A stretch of DNA of 64,000 nucleotides from the NCBI GenBank assembly GCA_002633005.1, contig NMRA01000222.1, forward strand, positions 311,186-375,185. Reading direction: 5' to 3'. The DNA comes from Phoronis australis. Lineage: Eukaryota > Animalia > Phoronida. A program made the translations under genes and the position numbers. Shown here piece by piece: positions 11,251-24,901 of this stretch. The stretch's first letter is position 1. Each line of letters starts with the position of its first letter. Below the pieces are notes generated by a model. That model made no database searches. It worked only from the letters and a program-made list of their open reading frames with translations, and had not been told where the DNA came from.

Positions 11251-14200
11251 ATTTACAGTCATGTGAACTTCTAGAAAGTAGGAGAGTACGGGTATTTTCC
11301 AGCCTAAAATAAGGCAAGGTTCCACTGCAATGACTGATTTTAACTCAATGATAAGTGAGTAGAGTATTTTTTATTGCTGAAATTCTGATGGGATGGCTGT
11401 TTACAAAGGAGGAATTTACGGTCTTGGTCACACAAAGTGGTGTGGGTGGTGAGCAGAGCACGGGAGCTTGGCTGAATACAGACTTGTCATTGAGGTCCTT
11501 TAACTTAATCTGATACTATCAAACCTTCAATGTTACAGTGGTTAACCGCGAATTTAAGCCTTGTTCAGTGGAGTCATAGCAAAGATTCTGATACTAAGAC
11601 CTGAAGAAAGGCAGTATGTTTTGGGGAACTCGTATTGTGTTATTTTCCGTAATGCAAAGAATCCAGCAAATCTAAGTAAATTGAAACAGAATGCTTATCC
11701 TGCCACAATAATAAATATTAGAATAAAAGAATATCAAATATTAATCAGTCACCGTCCAACCATTTGCCAGTAACTGACTCGGCTGATTGTGCCTCACTGG
11801 GAAACATGAACATTTGTCATAAAATGAGTCTGCCACATCTCATCATCCTTAAGTCCATATGCCGTGTCGAGGCATCAAAATATGGCAAGGTATTTGAGAA
11901 AATGAATGTCCAGCCATGAATATGAATTTGGTTGATCCACACAACATGAAACCTGAGTGACAAACACAAGTCAACTTACTTGCACTAGAACTAGTCAGCT
12001 GTGACATCGTGGTCCGTATCATCATCATCTACCAGTCACCTTCCCTTACATTCCAGCAGAAGCCACCCCTGTAGCTAGACTGACTACCACAGACTGCTAT
12101 CAAGAGAGGCCAGCCCACACCATTCTTCAACCTAAAGTGGAATGCCTGAAAGAAAGGGGAATGCGCGTGTAATAAAGCTGAGAGGGGTTGACAATTGAAA
12201 AGACCAACCCAGGTCATGAATTCCGATAAAAAAAATTTCAACAAAAAATGGAAAATGACATCTGGATATACATCCATGTGTTAGATTATGAGACACCGAA
12301 TTTTGTTGCTCAATCAATCAAACAGTCAGCTAGCTGGCTAGTTTGCAGTACTGAATATGAAAAACTTAAGTTATGAGAAATTAAATTAAATTAAATTTTG
12401 AAAATTTGAAAAAGTTAAATTTTTGGAAAACTTAAGTTATGACAAAAACTTTCATCATAAGTAACTTTAAGGAGTCAGACACTTTTAAGGTGACTGTAAA
12501 CTTTGGTTACCGAAATATCTTAAATACTGTTAGCTGTAACCCATACAAGGTATACTTTCTGAAAGTTGAATAAATTTCCTAACAAAATTTATTATTCTTA
12601 TTTACTTGTCTTTATCTTTTCACAAGATGTGTTTTTTGTATTTTTTTTTTACTTTGAACAGATTTTTTAAAAATATTCTTACTCCAATCATTGTTTTTTT
12701 TGTAAACATATTGACAATGGCATTTTTCGAGAAAACCTTGTCTCAGATGTTTGAAATAGGTCTTAGTTTTTTAATTATCCACTTTTTAGAGCATTTTGAA
12801 CAAAAACGGGTGTAATCTTGATTTTTTAAAGCTTCGTTTCGAAAACCTAGGACCTCAATCAAGTGTCTGAGGACCGGTTCTCTTTGGAAGGTATCAAGTA
12901 GCAAGTATTCGAAATTTCATAGCAATCCATTCACGCATCGGCGAAGATCACAACACGAGAAATCGGCAATAATGCACCGCAGTGATCGAGAAGTGCACAT
13001 TTGGCATCACATCAGAACTTTCAGGAGTTTCCTGACTATGACAGCTACTAATTCAACATATAAGTAATTTTGGTATTGCGAAATGGAGAAATTTAGGAAT
13101 AATCACTAAGTTTTCGCGACCTAATTGTGTCTTTTCGAATGCTCAGAATCACGTGATTAATTGTGGACGGAGCCTTTATGCCATTAGCTGATCTAGGCCA
13201 ACACGGCTTTATCCAGAAGGGCTGGTACAATGTGGAGGTGGTCATGGAAAATTCTCGAAGGACACACAAAAAATACTGAGAGAATTGCACTGCGAGAATA
13301 GTCGAGAAATGACCGAGGTGGGGTGAGATTTAGCCATGATTTTATGCTACTACTTAGAACCACTTTCACATACTGCAAAATAGAACTATAACCCTGTCTC
13401 TTGTACAAATAAAGATCGCAAAACTGTGATCTTTTGTTCATTTTATCGGAGACACTCGAGAGTCTGATTTTATATAATCGTGGGCCGGTCTTACCGGAGA
13501 CTACAGTATAAGTTTAATAACAGACTGTTGTGTTGTTTCTGGTTTTCATTAACTAATTCTGATGGTAAATATATATCCATATTTGGCGTATTGCAGTTGA
13601 CCTGGATCATTGGGTCCAGGATTTTGGAGGTGTGAAATACACTGCGAAGCCAAATGCATGCAATAAATGGTAGCCTCTGCCTTTTTTGGCTTGCAAATAT
13701 AAACTCTCCTCGAATTTCCCCATTGCTTACATTTTAACTTATTTCACATTAGATTCACTAGTCCTAGGAATGAATTTCAACGTTTACAAAATGGCGGTAA
13801 TCTTAAAATGCTCGGTGGTGTTCGGCCGATTGCGGAAATTACCGAAAGTGTAATTGGGTCATTGGGCTGAGCTAAATCATGGAAAGAAATAGAAGAGATA
13901 CATTGGAGGAACGTGGTTGATGAAAAACCTCTAAAAAGCATGTCTTTTAATTCATTTTGATTCCTATAAAAGGCTAAATCAATGTTAAAATATTAAAGGA
14001 GGCATTTATCAAGAATTTTTTTACATTTTTTGTTGTGAGGTTTACACTTATGTTAACTTTTAAAAGTTTTGATTACTTGAATAACTTATTATAAGTTTTC
14101 ACAAAAACTTAAGATTATTAGTAAAACTTGAGTTTTTACCTTGAAAAAATTAACTTACAGAAAAGGTAAAATTTTCTAATGCTAAAAAAATTAAATTTTT

Positions 14201-16318
14201 ATTGAAAAGTATAAGTTATTAATAACAATTGTGTTTTAAGAAGGAAATGAATTTTTTGCCAAAGCTTAAGTTTTTGAAACCAAAGATTTTTGCCAAACAA
14301 CCTAAGTTTTCAGAGAAAAAACTTACACAGAAGTTAATATTTGCATGGTAGGAATCTGTTATTTTATACCCTCTTCCCAAAAAAGAGTGAATTTGGCTGA
14401 AATACCCTTTGGCACCTAATATATAGGGCTGAAACGTTGCATGAACCGTAACCGAACATAGATTTTTTTCAGTACAGATCAAAACAGAATGGAAATCTTG
14501 AATGTGCTGAACCTCCTGTCACTACTGCAGCACAAGTTTGTTTTTTTCGCCAAATATAAATTTAACTACTTTCTTTCTAAGCAATGACCCACGTCAACAA
14601 ATGACTGTTGTATTTTTTTTTGCCACTACACAGTGCAATTTGTAACTGCTTGTTCTCAGCCATGCAATTTTGCTTACAGTGGAATTGGTAACCGGCTTTT
14701 AAAACAAAGCTGCTTTACAGTAAATAATTGTAAACATGATTTTTAACCAATGCGAAGAAGTCGACAGTATGGCAGTAGTTTACAAATGACCAGGTGGTCG
14801 AAAAACAAGTACAACATGCAATGTCCAGTACAATCACAGTGAGTCCGTTGATTCGATGCCAAGCTATTTCACCATTTGTTCAATTGTCACGTCATCATTG
14901 CCATTGTCACTGATTAAGTCGTGAGCAACCTATTTATTATAGTAACTGCGAAACTCTAATATGTATCTAGATGTTAGCCCGGCGATAAGACACTCGGGTT
15001 AATTAACCACGGCATTTGGATCAAAGAAGAATTTCGTAGTTAAGAAGATGCTCTGTTTGTGCGGGTGTGTCAAGCCTGTGTAAAACAAAACTTAATTTGT
15101 GTATTCCACCACTGCCATAAAATTACAAACAAAACTTGCTGTCTTTAATAATAGTGCAACATGAACTAATAATACAATACGTGTTCTTTTCTTTTTTAAG
15201 TCAGGCCAAAGGTGCAATTAAAACTACAGCAGATTTGTTAAAAGGGAACCAGATTGTGACAATGTTGAGAACTCAGCAGTTCTTCCCAGTAAGGGCAACG
15301 CCTAACAACAATTACGCATGCGAGGTCTCCACATGACCCTTCCTTCACGTGAGGCGAGGACCACAGCCACAGCCACAAACACAGCTGGGTATGACATGTG
15401 AGTTGCGAAGGACCATAAAACTTGGGACTCACGGCACACTGCAGGGGATAAAAGTGAGACTAAGGCTAAGCCAAATAAGTTTGAGGCCTCCAAATAATTT
15501 TTACCTTCTTACGGGCATGAGTTTCAGTCAGCGTTGAACGTAGTTATCGGCGACGTAAATAGTCGACTGTCGTAATTAGTTAAGCTAGCCTGTAGGCCTA
15601 CAAAGCTATTTATACAACGGTACTTGTTTACGACTTCAAGACACTTAAGCTTACCACTATAAAATGGCTTACTGGTTCGTAAAATTCTTCTGGAACCACA
15701 TCTGTGAAGTGAGGCCAGGCATTCTGACAAAGGAGTGATGTCGGAGCAGTGCACGATGACGACTATCTATGCTTGAACCCTGAGGCTGAGTGCAGAGGTT
15801 GAGTGACCTTTTAGGTCACGCAACCTTTATCTTTACTTTGACACCATCTGGTGGAAGTAGCGCAAAACATTGATCGGATTGTTGGTCTCAGTCGGCGCAG
15901 ATGGAAGCGACGGGGCAGGTCGGCCGACGCGCATCTAAGACATTTATGGTCAAGGCTAGTAGCAACATGAAATGTGTTGAAGTCACAGTCAAATTCGTCC
16001 TTGAAACACTCTGCCATCCCTAATCACCAACTTTTCGAGGTGCCCGGCACATGCCGCGAGGGTAATTGTTGTGGATCAGTGACGGGATAGCCAGGCTTCA
16101 CTCTTGGCTCTGTGAGCTCGCGCCGGGATTCAGTTTTACTTCTAGTTCAATCAGCTACAAAATAATTATGCTGTTGAAAAAATCTACGGAAAGAGATTTT
16201 ACTGAGTCTTCGTGATAGCTCAACTGCCGAGTCAGCAGCATATGGCAGTGTTATCATTAAAAAAACAACGGATCGCCGGGCGCGTGAAATGTTTCGGCGT
16301 TTATTGAAACACCATCAT

Positions 16319-16738
16319 CAGAAGAAATAAAACACAGTGGCCACCTTGCTAGGCCCAACAACAAACAATGAAACACAAACACGCATACAGTTACAGGGAG
16401 TCCGGCGCTGAACAAGGCTATAACAATGAGAACCTGTGGTGTAGTGCCAGGCGTCCTATAATTGAGACTGGCTGATCTAATTGCACCAATTGATGTGCAG
16501 AGCCTCACGAATTTTAAGCTCCTTTGTTTCTGGTTGGTCTATTTTCATGAGCAAAGTCATTGAAAGAGGGCATTGCTCATAACAGCTGCGGATTGGAACT
16601 TATCTCAGAACTGATTTAAATGTTCCCTCAGGTCCGGGTTTTCATGTGACGAACAGTTTCGCCTATATAACTGGAGCCACTCCAATTGATTACTTGTTGT
16701 TGGGCCTAGCAAGGTGGCCACTGTCTTTTTTTCTTCTG
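16319..16738. mobile_element. MITE with ~45-bp TIRs
   Basis: CAGAAGAAATAAAACACAGTGGCCACCTTGCTAGGCCCAACAACAA inverted almost perfectly at 16694-16738. Confidence 0.8.
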
Positions 16739-19607
16739 GTTTAAATCCGTTGTTGCCTATCAACAAACCGCTATATAGCCGAAAATAATTGAGACCCTCT
16801 CATTGTAAAATTCAAAAAAGGCAATCGTCTTTGTGCATGTTTTTTTTTTCGTCCATGGCCACTATAGCTAACATTTTAAACTGCATGCGTTGCAACCTTG
16901 GAGTGAATAAATGTTGTTCACAACGATGACGACTTCACTGAGCCATTACGCATGTCTGCGGTTACCACGTCACGTCAGTTGTCGTGGGCACATTTTTCGG
17001 CGATTTAACTGTTTAATAATGTCACTAAGATCATATGTGCTTCTCATTTTGTGAAAACCGTCTCCTCTCTCCCTCCCTAGAATTACTAAACTGCTAACTA
17101 AGGCTTCCAGGCAGTACGTTCAGCTAAGCTGTCAGAAAAAAATCCTTCAATATCCGTGAGTCAACTAAACGCATCCGGCGCACTTTGGTATCCGATCCAA
17201 AATAGCTTTACTTCAACGCAACCCGTAACTGGTTATCTCTCAATGAACTCAGTGAATGTCGGTAGCCGGTGCTTGGCCTCAAACCAGACTTACTCTGAGC
17301 ACATTTCTTTATTTCGCGATTTAAGTTGGAAACTGAGGGATATGCGCCTAGTTTTGCAGTTCCATTCGGATGCCTTTTAGAGCTAGTGATGACGTATAAT
17401 GGTAGTAGATGACGCAAGCTGGACCCGGAAATAAGAATAGACATGCTGTCACACTGGGTTAGTCAAAAACGTCATTATGACGTCAAAATGACGTCATCCG
17501 CGGCTAAACATTCCTAGACCTCAACACAACAGAATTGTTGCCTGTTACTTGCTTACTCACCAGGTCATACTGCTAAACCCTTGAGCCAGGTTTCTAGCTC
17601 CTCAGCTCGGTTTTAACCGTATATCAATAAAGCATAAACATATTTACAGGTGTTCAGTGCAATGGGCCCACATGCGAGGCCTGCGCACGTCTGGTACAAC
17701 GTGTATCAGACCGCCTGCAGTTATTATTTTTTTATGCTTACTCATTGTTGCTGTTGCCGTTCAGCATTAAGTTTATTTTGCATCCTGGAATTTACAACAA
17801 ACTCAGCCTTCACAGTGATTATGTTCTGTGGCAGGCGGGTAGACATTTCCGGTCGCGGGGGTGCCTGAAGATTAATCAGCAATACCGACGACACTGCCTC
17901 GCAACGTAAGGGGCAGCTGCAAAATGATACCTGTCAAGTTCCCATCGGTTGCCAATCCCTACCCACACGCCGTTCCCTGGTCACACTTCCCTTGATCAGT
18001 TTCAGTCGTTATCCCTGGCCATGTACCAACCCCTCCGGCTTGGTGAATGCATATTATACACAATTCCAGTTTCTTTTAAATGTTTTAAAAGCCCTCTCCA
18101 ATGCATTATTTACACTGCTAACGGCTATGATGTGCGGTCCTGTCGCTGCAAGATGGAGTGCATGTTTTATTCAGGGCTCCTAAACTAGTGTTTATTCCTG
18201 AACACTGCAGAATAAAAAAAAATTGTCTCTATCCCCGTATTATCTACATTCGTTCTTACACGCGCGTTTAGGTTAAAAAATTGTTTATGAACTTTTGAGT
18301 TAAATTTGATTAAGTTTGACAATATTGTTAGCAGACACATCAAGTTATAAATAGCCTTATAATACTTTTTTGTATCTTAAGCATGACAACAATCACGCGG
18401 TTTGCAACATTAACCCAATAATTAATTTCTTAAAAATAAGCGGCCCGCCATAACCTTTCAGCACACCCAGGTGTATTAGTCATTACGCAGTCGGCTTCTT
18501 ATCAGTTTCTCAATTATACTGAGAGGAGTGCATTTAGGAAAATGAAACTGGTAAGAACTGTTGGTGGCTGATTCTCAGTATGGTAAAATTTGAATAGAAG
18601 CGTTCGAATTATTGTAATGCCGAGTCATTTCATTCATCGTAGTTATTAATTTAGAACTCATGGAGTGTTTGAGGCTTGCACGTCAGCATAAAGATGCTAG
18701 TAAAACGATTCAGCCTTGTGTGTACTGTATTTTACTTCCGCATTTTTCTAATTTTATAAAGTTTGAACCTCGTTTTCATTCAGCTGTGTCGTTTGATGCA
18801 TCAATTATCATCACAAATTCGAAAATTAAACTTTAAAAAATGAAAAATAAATCATTCATTTTATTTTCAATAATGCAGTACAACGTACTGTTGAACCTAA
18901 AACTAACCTTTACCGCAGTGGCGGATTTAAGGGGTGGGGGGTAAGGGGGCCATGGCCCTCCTAAAATTTTCCCAGATACCATTTGGGAGTTCGAATTGGT
19001 GAGTAGCATATACGGGCACCCAGGGGCTTCTACCAATTAAAACGAACGTTATTTTATTATCTATAAGCCACGACACTAACGTCAATAACTGTGTTTACTT
19101 ATCTAACGGTGAATTACGGAGGAACTCTATGTGCTTTTCCTGCCATCACATGTGAAATAACAATGGTCATTCCCTAATGAAGATGCATTTCGCCTTGTTT
19201 AGCAGACTGAAAACGAACATCGAGTTTGGCCTCCTACTGTCATAAAATTGTTCTCATAATATTTCTTACAATGATATGATTTTATTTCAGGAAAATCACA
19301 CACGTAATTATACCTTTATCGAATTCTCAATTTCAAGTTTGGCGGAGCATTTTCTCGAGTTGCCGATGGTTTTGATAAGATGTTTTTTGGTAACTGAAAT
19401 AGAATTCTATCGCGGTAAAGAATACTACGAGACCAATTTTACAATAGTGAAAGCCTTAAATTTGATTTACGTATTTAGCCATCTAAACTGGTCGAAATGC
19501 ATCTTTGAATTCGGTTCACTGTGGCGAACCTAATTTGGGCTTTACAGTCCCCAACATATTGTAATCAGTAGACTACAATGGTGGTGTTTCTTGTCATCAA
19601 GTGCAAA

Positions 19608-19625
19608 ATGAAATACTTAACAAAG
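19608..19625 (+). CDS. Neurotrophin/Spaetzle-like precursor, coding exon 1 (MKYLTK; in-frame upstream ATG at 19578 possible)
   Basis: ATG...ACA AAG|GTAAT donor, phase 0, completes a signal peptide with exon 2. Confidence 0.65.
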
Positions 19626-19920
19626 GTAATATTATCCAATGAATGGTGAAATTACGCAAAAACTTGTTAGAAGTACGCGAAATTTTTAAATATATTTGTC
19701 CCTTTACATTCAGCAATTTAGAGCACGTAGTCAAAAGATGTCAGTGTCATATACACAATTCGTGACTTTCAGCCCCATAGCTAAAATACAGTATAATAGA
19801 CATTGGTCCAGTGTGAACTTTGAGGAACCTTTCTTAAAAGTGGACATGACGTGATATGTATTCGATGTTTCCATAACAATTGTGCTAACTATACCGGTAC
19901 AGTGTACGATTTTTTCAAAG

Positions 19921-20258
19921 ATTTTCGTGTGGGCTTCGCTGGCCTGCGTTGCTGGGCTTCTTCGAGGTGAAGACGCTGTACGTTACGATATGGGGGAAGA
20001 GGACGTTGGTGAGGCAGATGTTGACGAAGAGTATGACAACCACTCGATTCTCAGCACGCGCACCGTCGAAGAGATTGACGAAAAAGACGACCACTCAGAT
20101 CTAACCGTTCGTTCTAAGAATGAACTGTCTCGGCGAGGAGTTGACGACCCGTGGGGGACTTGTCCAGTGATTGAACAGCAAGCTACCATTGTTAAAGTCG
20201 GAGGCCATCTTTACCACCTGGAACCACCAGTCAGAAAAAGATGGTGCAGGTTTCCAAA
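19921..20258 (+). CDS. Neurotrophin/Spaetzle-like precursor, exon 2 (signal peptide, acidic pro-region, RR site, first two knot Cys)
   Basis: TTTTTCAAAG acceptor; IFVWASLACVAGLLRG-EDAVRYD...SKNELSRR-GVDDPWGTCPVIEQ...RWCRFP; donor AA|GTGCGT phase 2. Confidence 0.85.
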
Positions 20259-21964
20259 GTGCGTAAGCTACTTTTCTATGGTTGAAGTTGATACCTACGG
20301 CATTTCGTCGTAAGCCCTATTGAGTTTTCAAACCGGATTGGTACTAATAGACATACATGTATGTCTATAAATGCCAGAAGCGAAGCGAGTTCTTTTACTT
20401 CAAAGTTGAGAATGTCCCTAGCTTTCTGCATTTTGCCAATACCTTGGCCTTGTGTTGAGTACGAAATTTTGTATTTCGTTTTTTGCTGTCAAATTTATCC
20501 CCACAATCTAAAAGTGAATTCAGCTTTAGTTGAAATCTATTCATAAAAACTAAGTAAGTGTCAACGGTGAAATGTACTGTACTTTTCAGATTGTAAACAA
20601 TGAAGCTATTCCTATTGCTACCGAACTTGTCTGAACTACCATGGACTTATCGCGAGTAGGTGGCAAACAGACACACCTCTAACTATAAAATATGTATTTT
20701 AGACATTTTACCGACCGGCCGAGAGGAATTTCTTTTTGCTAGTCAGCTGGGGTTAATCACCGTCGTTACGGTGTCTATTAGCATATGTTTTCCGACGGCA
20801 ATATTTTACCCCAGTTTCTTGTGGCCGGTTGTTAGAAACATGATCCCAATGGCGACTCAACTACGTTCCTTAAATTTTCACCGCATTTGTGAACTTGTGA
20901 GAGCACTCATTGAATTTGCCAATGGGGTGTCTTAGCTTTGATACACCCGAAGGTAAACTCTTCGTTGAGTTCTCAACATTATGAAATAAATAGGGACCTT
21001 TTAATGCAATCCCTAATTATAAATTAGGGTGAGCACGAGTTTTTCACATCTTATTAACACTGGTAAAACAGGACCTCGTGAAAAAATAAAGTGACAGAAA
21101 AACACATTTCAGAGTAAACAAAGACACAAATTCACACGAGTCAGGGAACTTAGTGGAGTCTTATTTGGGACTGTTTGTTGCAACCAGGCACTGAACTGTA
21201 AATTAACCCAACACCATTCATCGAGTTAATTGAGCGTTACAAACTGGGTCGTAATCGGCAGTATATTTTTACTGTTTAGTACGTTGAATGCATTGTCAAA
21301 TTCAAATTGACTTCCCGTGACGTGTTTCCGCTGTAATAGCATTAGGAATTAGGATGTTGCAATGAGCTGCACGTGACACAAATAAGTATCACTCCGTACA
21401 CGCGGAGTTCACGTAATGTTATTAATCTTGCTTTGTTTATTTGCACGTAATGCTGCAGTATGCTCCGTATGAGAGAAAATAATGTAAGCCGTGTTCAACA
21501 ATCTCATGTAAATGGTATAACATAGGAGGGCCTTAAAACTTAGTACGTTTTTAGATAAGTTCCTTTCGATAAGTCTACTTACTTCCGGTTTTAGTATACG
21601 CGTTGGGAGAGGCTTTTCTAAATACTTTAGGTTTTAAAGGGGCATATGCGACGATGATGGCGGTGATGACTATCTTATTAAAGGCAATAACGATGACGAT
21701 AATAACTAATAAAAATTAATTAATTTTATCTTATTATAGACATAAAACAGGTAAAACAATTTATACAATAGTTGAAACTTAATATAACATCCGTCTTCAT
21801 AGTGCTTCCAATAAACAAATAAACACAGTCTGCGTTTCACATGGCAAAAATGTGTATAAAAAACAAAGTTATCCGAACAGGTTAACTATTACATATTTTA
21901 CTGCAAGTCTGCATGAAAAAGAGGTCGTTAGACAAGTTGTTACCCTTATATATAACAATATAGA

Positions 21965-22130
21965 AATGTAATTCTAAACCGGCGAGCAAACGAGACGATT
22001 ACCAGATGGTTCCGGGTTCGAGTTCCGGTTGGGGCAGAAATCTTTTCACACTTGTATTCATAAGGTCACGTATGTTGACACAGATACGTGGCGTTCAGAC
22101 CAGAGTTAAAATGGTTGCAACTTACTAATG
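21965..22130 (+). repeat. tRNA-derived SINE-like fragment
   Basis: B-box-like GGTTCGAGTTCC in GGTTCCGGGTTCGAGTTCCGGTTGGGGC; no complete cloverleaf. Confidence 0.35.
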
Positions 22131-22224
22131 TCTCGTTTACCGGAAGCCCTCACGTTTGAATATTGCAAAATCAAGAAATTACGATATTGAAAAGTGTATA
22201 CAGATGTTGACCGTTTGTTTGTAG

Positions 22225-22387
22225 AGAAAGCTGCTATTACCGGAGGTGGGGCACACACGTCATCTCAAAGGGCAGATGTTTTAACTTCATCAAGTGCGTT
22301 TCTCGAATGGCATTAAACTTCAGCGGAGATGGTCGCCCGAAATGGCAATGGATCAACTTCCAACTCCCGCAGTGCGTCTGTCAGTAA
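22225..22387 (+). CDS. Neurotrophin/Spaetzle-like precursor, exon 3 (cystine-knot C-terminus)
   Basis: TTTGTTTGTAG acceptor, phase 2; ESCYYRRWGTHVISKGRCFNFIKCVSRMALNFSGDGRPKWQWINFQLPQCVCQ*, resembling NGF-family C...W(R/Q)(F/W)I....CVC. Confidence 0.85.
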
Positions 22388-22759
22388 GGGGTGTGGCGGC
22401 AAGTGTACGGGTAAAACCTGCTTCACGCATTCTCGTCCACATCCTCAATGAATTTCGATTTTGAGATGACACTGTCTACGAAATCTATGTTGTAAAATAT
22501 ATAGAAAAACGTCGCTTAAGTTTTGTTAATGTCGATACCACTTGACCAGATTTCAAGTGGTCAGAATAGGGCCTACTCACTGGATCCATGTAAGCCGAAG
22601 TGGCCAGTGATATAGCTGCGAGAAAAGTAATTTTCTGAGCGGACCCTGCAGCCTCGGCGCGGAATCGAACCTGGAATCTCCGCGCTAGTACAGTAAAACA
22701 ATGTGCCGGGCGCAGGAACTACATTGTAAGTGCAATGAAGAAAATTTTTTTATTTTTTA

Positions 22760-23405
22760 AAGAAAATGGAACCCGACTGACGATGTAAAAACAGAAGCTG
22801 CTGGCAAGATGTGAATTTTAATCGAAGCCTTAGTGAATCACAGAAACTCATGATTCTCTCTTTGTCAAACCTTAACTTAAGACGATTTCCAAAGCAATCC
22901 CGTCATTATTGCCAACACGAAAAACGGATTTGGTCTTTTGGGCATTTGAAGACTATTTTAAATACAACAAATTTGTTACGAACCGATTGCACAAAATATA
23001 AAACGAGTAATAAGCATTACAAAAAGAAGTAGGTTTCGCGCGCAAACGCTGTGGACCATAAACAAGTAGGTCTCTGAGCATCAGATGATAGAAGCTAAAT
23101 CGTGGTGGTGTAGTGGTAAAGCACGCGCACTCTATTCGCCAAGTCGTGAGTTCCAATCTGTGTTATATGCAGTTTGTCGTTTGACACGTTCTCCGTTTTC
23201 TTTTTGCCTTTTATTCTTGGATAATACTTCAGGAATCAAGGAAAATCTTTGATTTTTAGAGGAAAAAACAGAAAAATTTCCTGGGCGGGTGGGGCAAAGC
23301 CCCCTCCCGACCCCATTCGGTGCTATGCGCATCTACAATCGTGGTTTGCGCAAATGCTTACAGACAAAATGTTGCCCCCCTTGTGATATCCTAGATCCGC
23401 CACTG
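22760..23405 (-). mobile_element. Interspersed TIR-type repeat ending in GATCCGCCACTG with an embedded tRNA-like segment
   Basis: Inverted homology to 7470-7860; CAGTGGCGGAT terminus also seen at ~18916; A/B-box-like GGTGTAGTGGTAAAGC...GAGTTCCAATC at ~23103-23160. Confidence 0.6.
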
Positions 23406-23705
23406 AGGAATCTTGCAAAATGGCCATGGCTAACCGCCTAGCTGGAACATCGTATCTCACAAATGGCTAATTATGGAGTCTTATGAAACTCCCACTGAGA
23501 TACTACGCGATAACCATGCGACGCACTTGCGCCCGTCGCATGAACTTCGCAAAGTAAACAATACCTTGCGACCTCCATACGACGTCATTCCACATGGGCA
23601 ATGCTCCTCTACAGGATCTGAGCTCCTACTACATTAATTCAATCCATTTCGAGGCTCACTTTCAATCTTTTAATTTTGTATGGTGGTTGCTTTCGTATGT
23701 AGGTC

Positions 23706-23711
23706 AATAAA
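23706..23711 (+). promoter_or_regulatory. Candidate polyadenylation signal of the cystine-knot gene
   Basis: First AATAAA I found downstream of the stop at 22387. Confidence 0.3.
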
Positions 23712-24211
23712 ATGGTGGCTGAAATTAATTGCTATGTCAAGGACAGAAATTGATAATTTTTTAGCCTGCTTGTCTTACGAAATTGAATTTTTCGTGAAAA
23801 ATTAGAGTAGAATCTTCTTTCGTGGAAGACTAAGAATTAGCCAACAGAGCTGCAATGAGTTTTTATTTCTTGACAATTTTTGATTGGATGGGTGTTTACA
23901 TTCATGTATTCATTCAGAGTGGAAGATAATTGGCATTTGCCTGGTGACATCCAACAAAAGAAGGAGCCTAAGAAAGAAAGATTAATGTCAGACCCCTGCA
24001 AACTGTTGTCTCTGGAATAGGGATTAAACGGGAGTAAATTGTAATGCCAAGTGCACTGCCCTGGAAAAATGACTGAAAACTAACATGAAGAGAAATAGAG
24101 CCCCTGGCTGATTTAAATTCATACCAAAAGGAGTAATGCATAGCCTGACCCTGTTTTGACCTTTGGATTGCTTAATATGAGTGACAACTAAGACACACTT
24201 TTGTTTCAAGG

Positions 24212-24217
24212 TTTATT
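24212..24217 (-). promoter_or_regulatory. Candidate polyadenylation signal of the protease gene (alternative at 23862-23867)
   Basis: AATAAA on minus strand ~175 nt after the stop. Confidence 0.35.
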
Positions 24218-24389
24218 ATCAAAAGCTAGATTATCAAAAGAACATTGTGTTCTGCTTTGGGCAAAACATAAGTACATGCATCCACAAATGAATGAAAGAT
24301 CGATTCCATTACACTCAGCCAGAGAGAGTCCAATCTCAACAGTACTATCCAAGAGGAAGGGTCAAAGGTTATTCTTCTGCCCTGCATCA

Positions 24390-24524
<135 letters not shown>

Positions 24525-24901
24525 CTAGCATGCCAATCTCATCTGGAGCATTGACAAACAGACTTCAAACATTATCAGTTTCAGAAGCCAGTGGAGCCTG
24601 ATTGTCTGCTCGGCAGGTTATCTGTTATGACCCGAAAGTCAACATAGTACCACTGGTAATAATAATATTTCCACCAGTCTCGAACACAGTTATTAAGTGC
24701 CTTTAACATACATGTAGGCACATCACCTCTCAAGACTCATCTTGGTCAGCACCCACAGACCGAAACTCTACACTGGAAATGTCTCCTCATGACTATACCG
24801 TCAAGTCCATACCCCAGTAAATGAAGTATCAGACTCAACGTTCACATGGGAGCTTTCTCTCTTGACTCAACATGGTGGACATCATACACAAGCTCCCTAT
24901 C

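Noticed and set aside
11980-12145. Minus-strand segment with good acceptor and donor
   Set aside because: Stops in all three frames and no partner exons found; could only be non-coding
12360-14350. AT-rich block with AAAACTTAAG repeats and TTAAGG starts as a Kolobok element
   Set aside because: Probably repetitive, but matching termini could not be defined
15811-16017. 68-aa Cys-containing minus-strand ORF
   Set aside because: No recognisable motif or splice context
20590-20700. Frame CKQ*SYSYCYRTCL with in-frame TGA as a possible selenocysteine exon of the ligand
   Set aside because: No phase-1 GT donor in exon 2, no SECIS identified, and exon 22225-22387 completes the knot
22650-23160. 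tRNA genes (also 21965-22040 and 52553-52612)
   Set aside because: Only box-like motifs; complete cloverleaves could not be built
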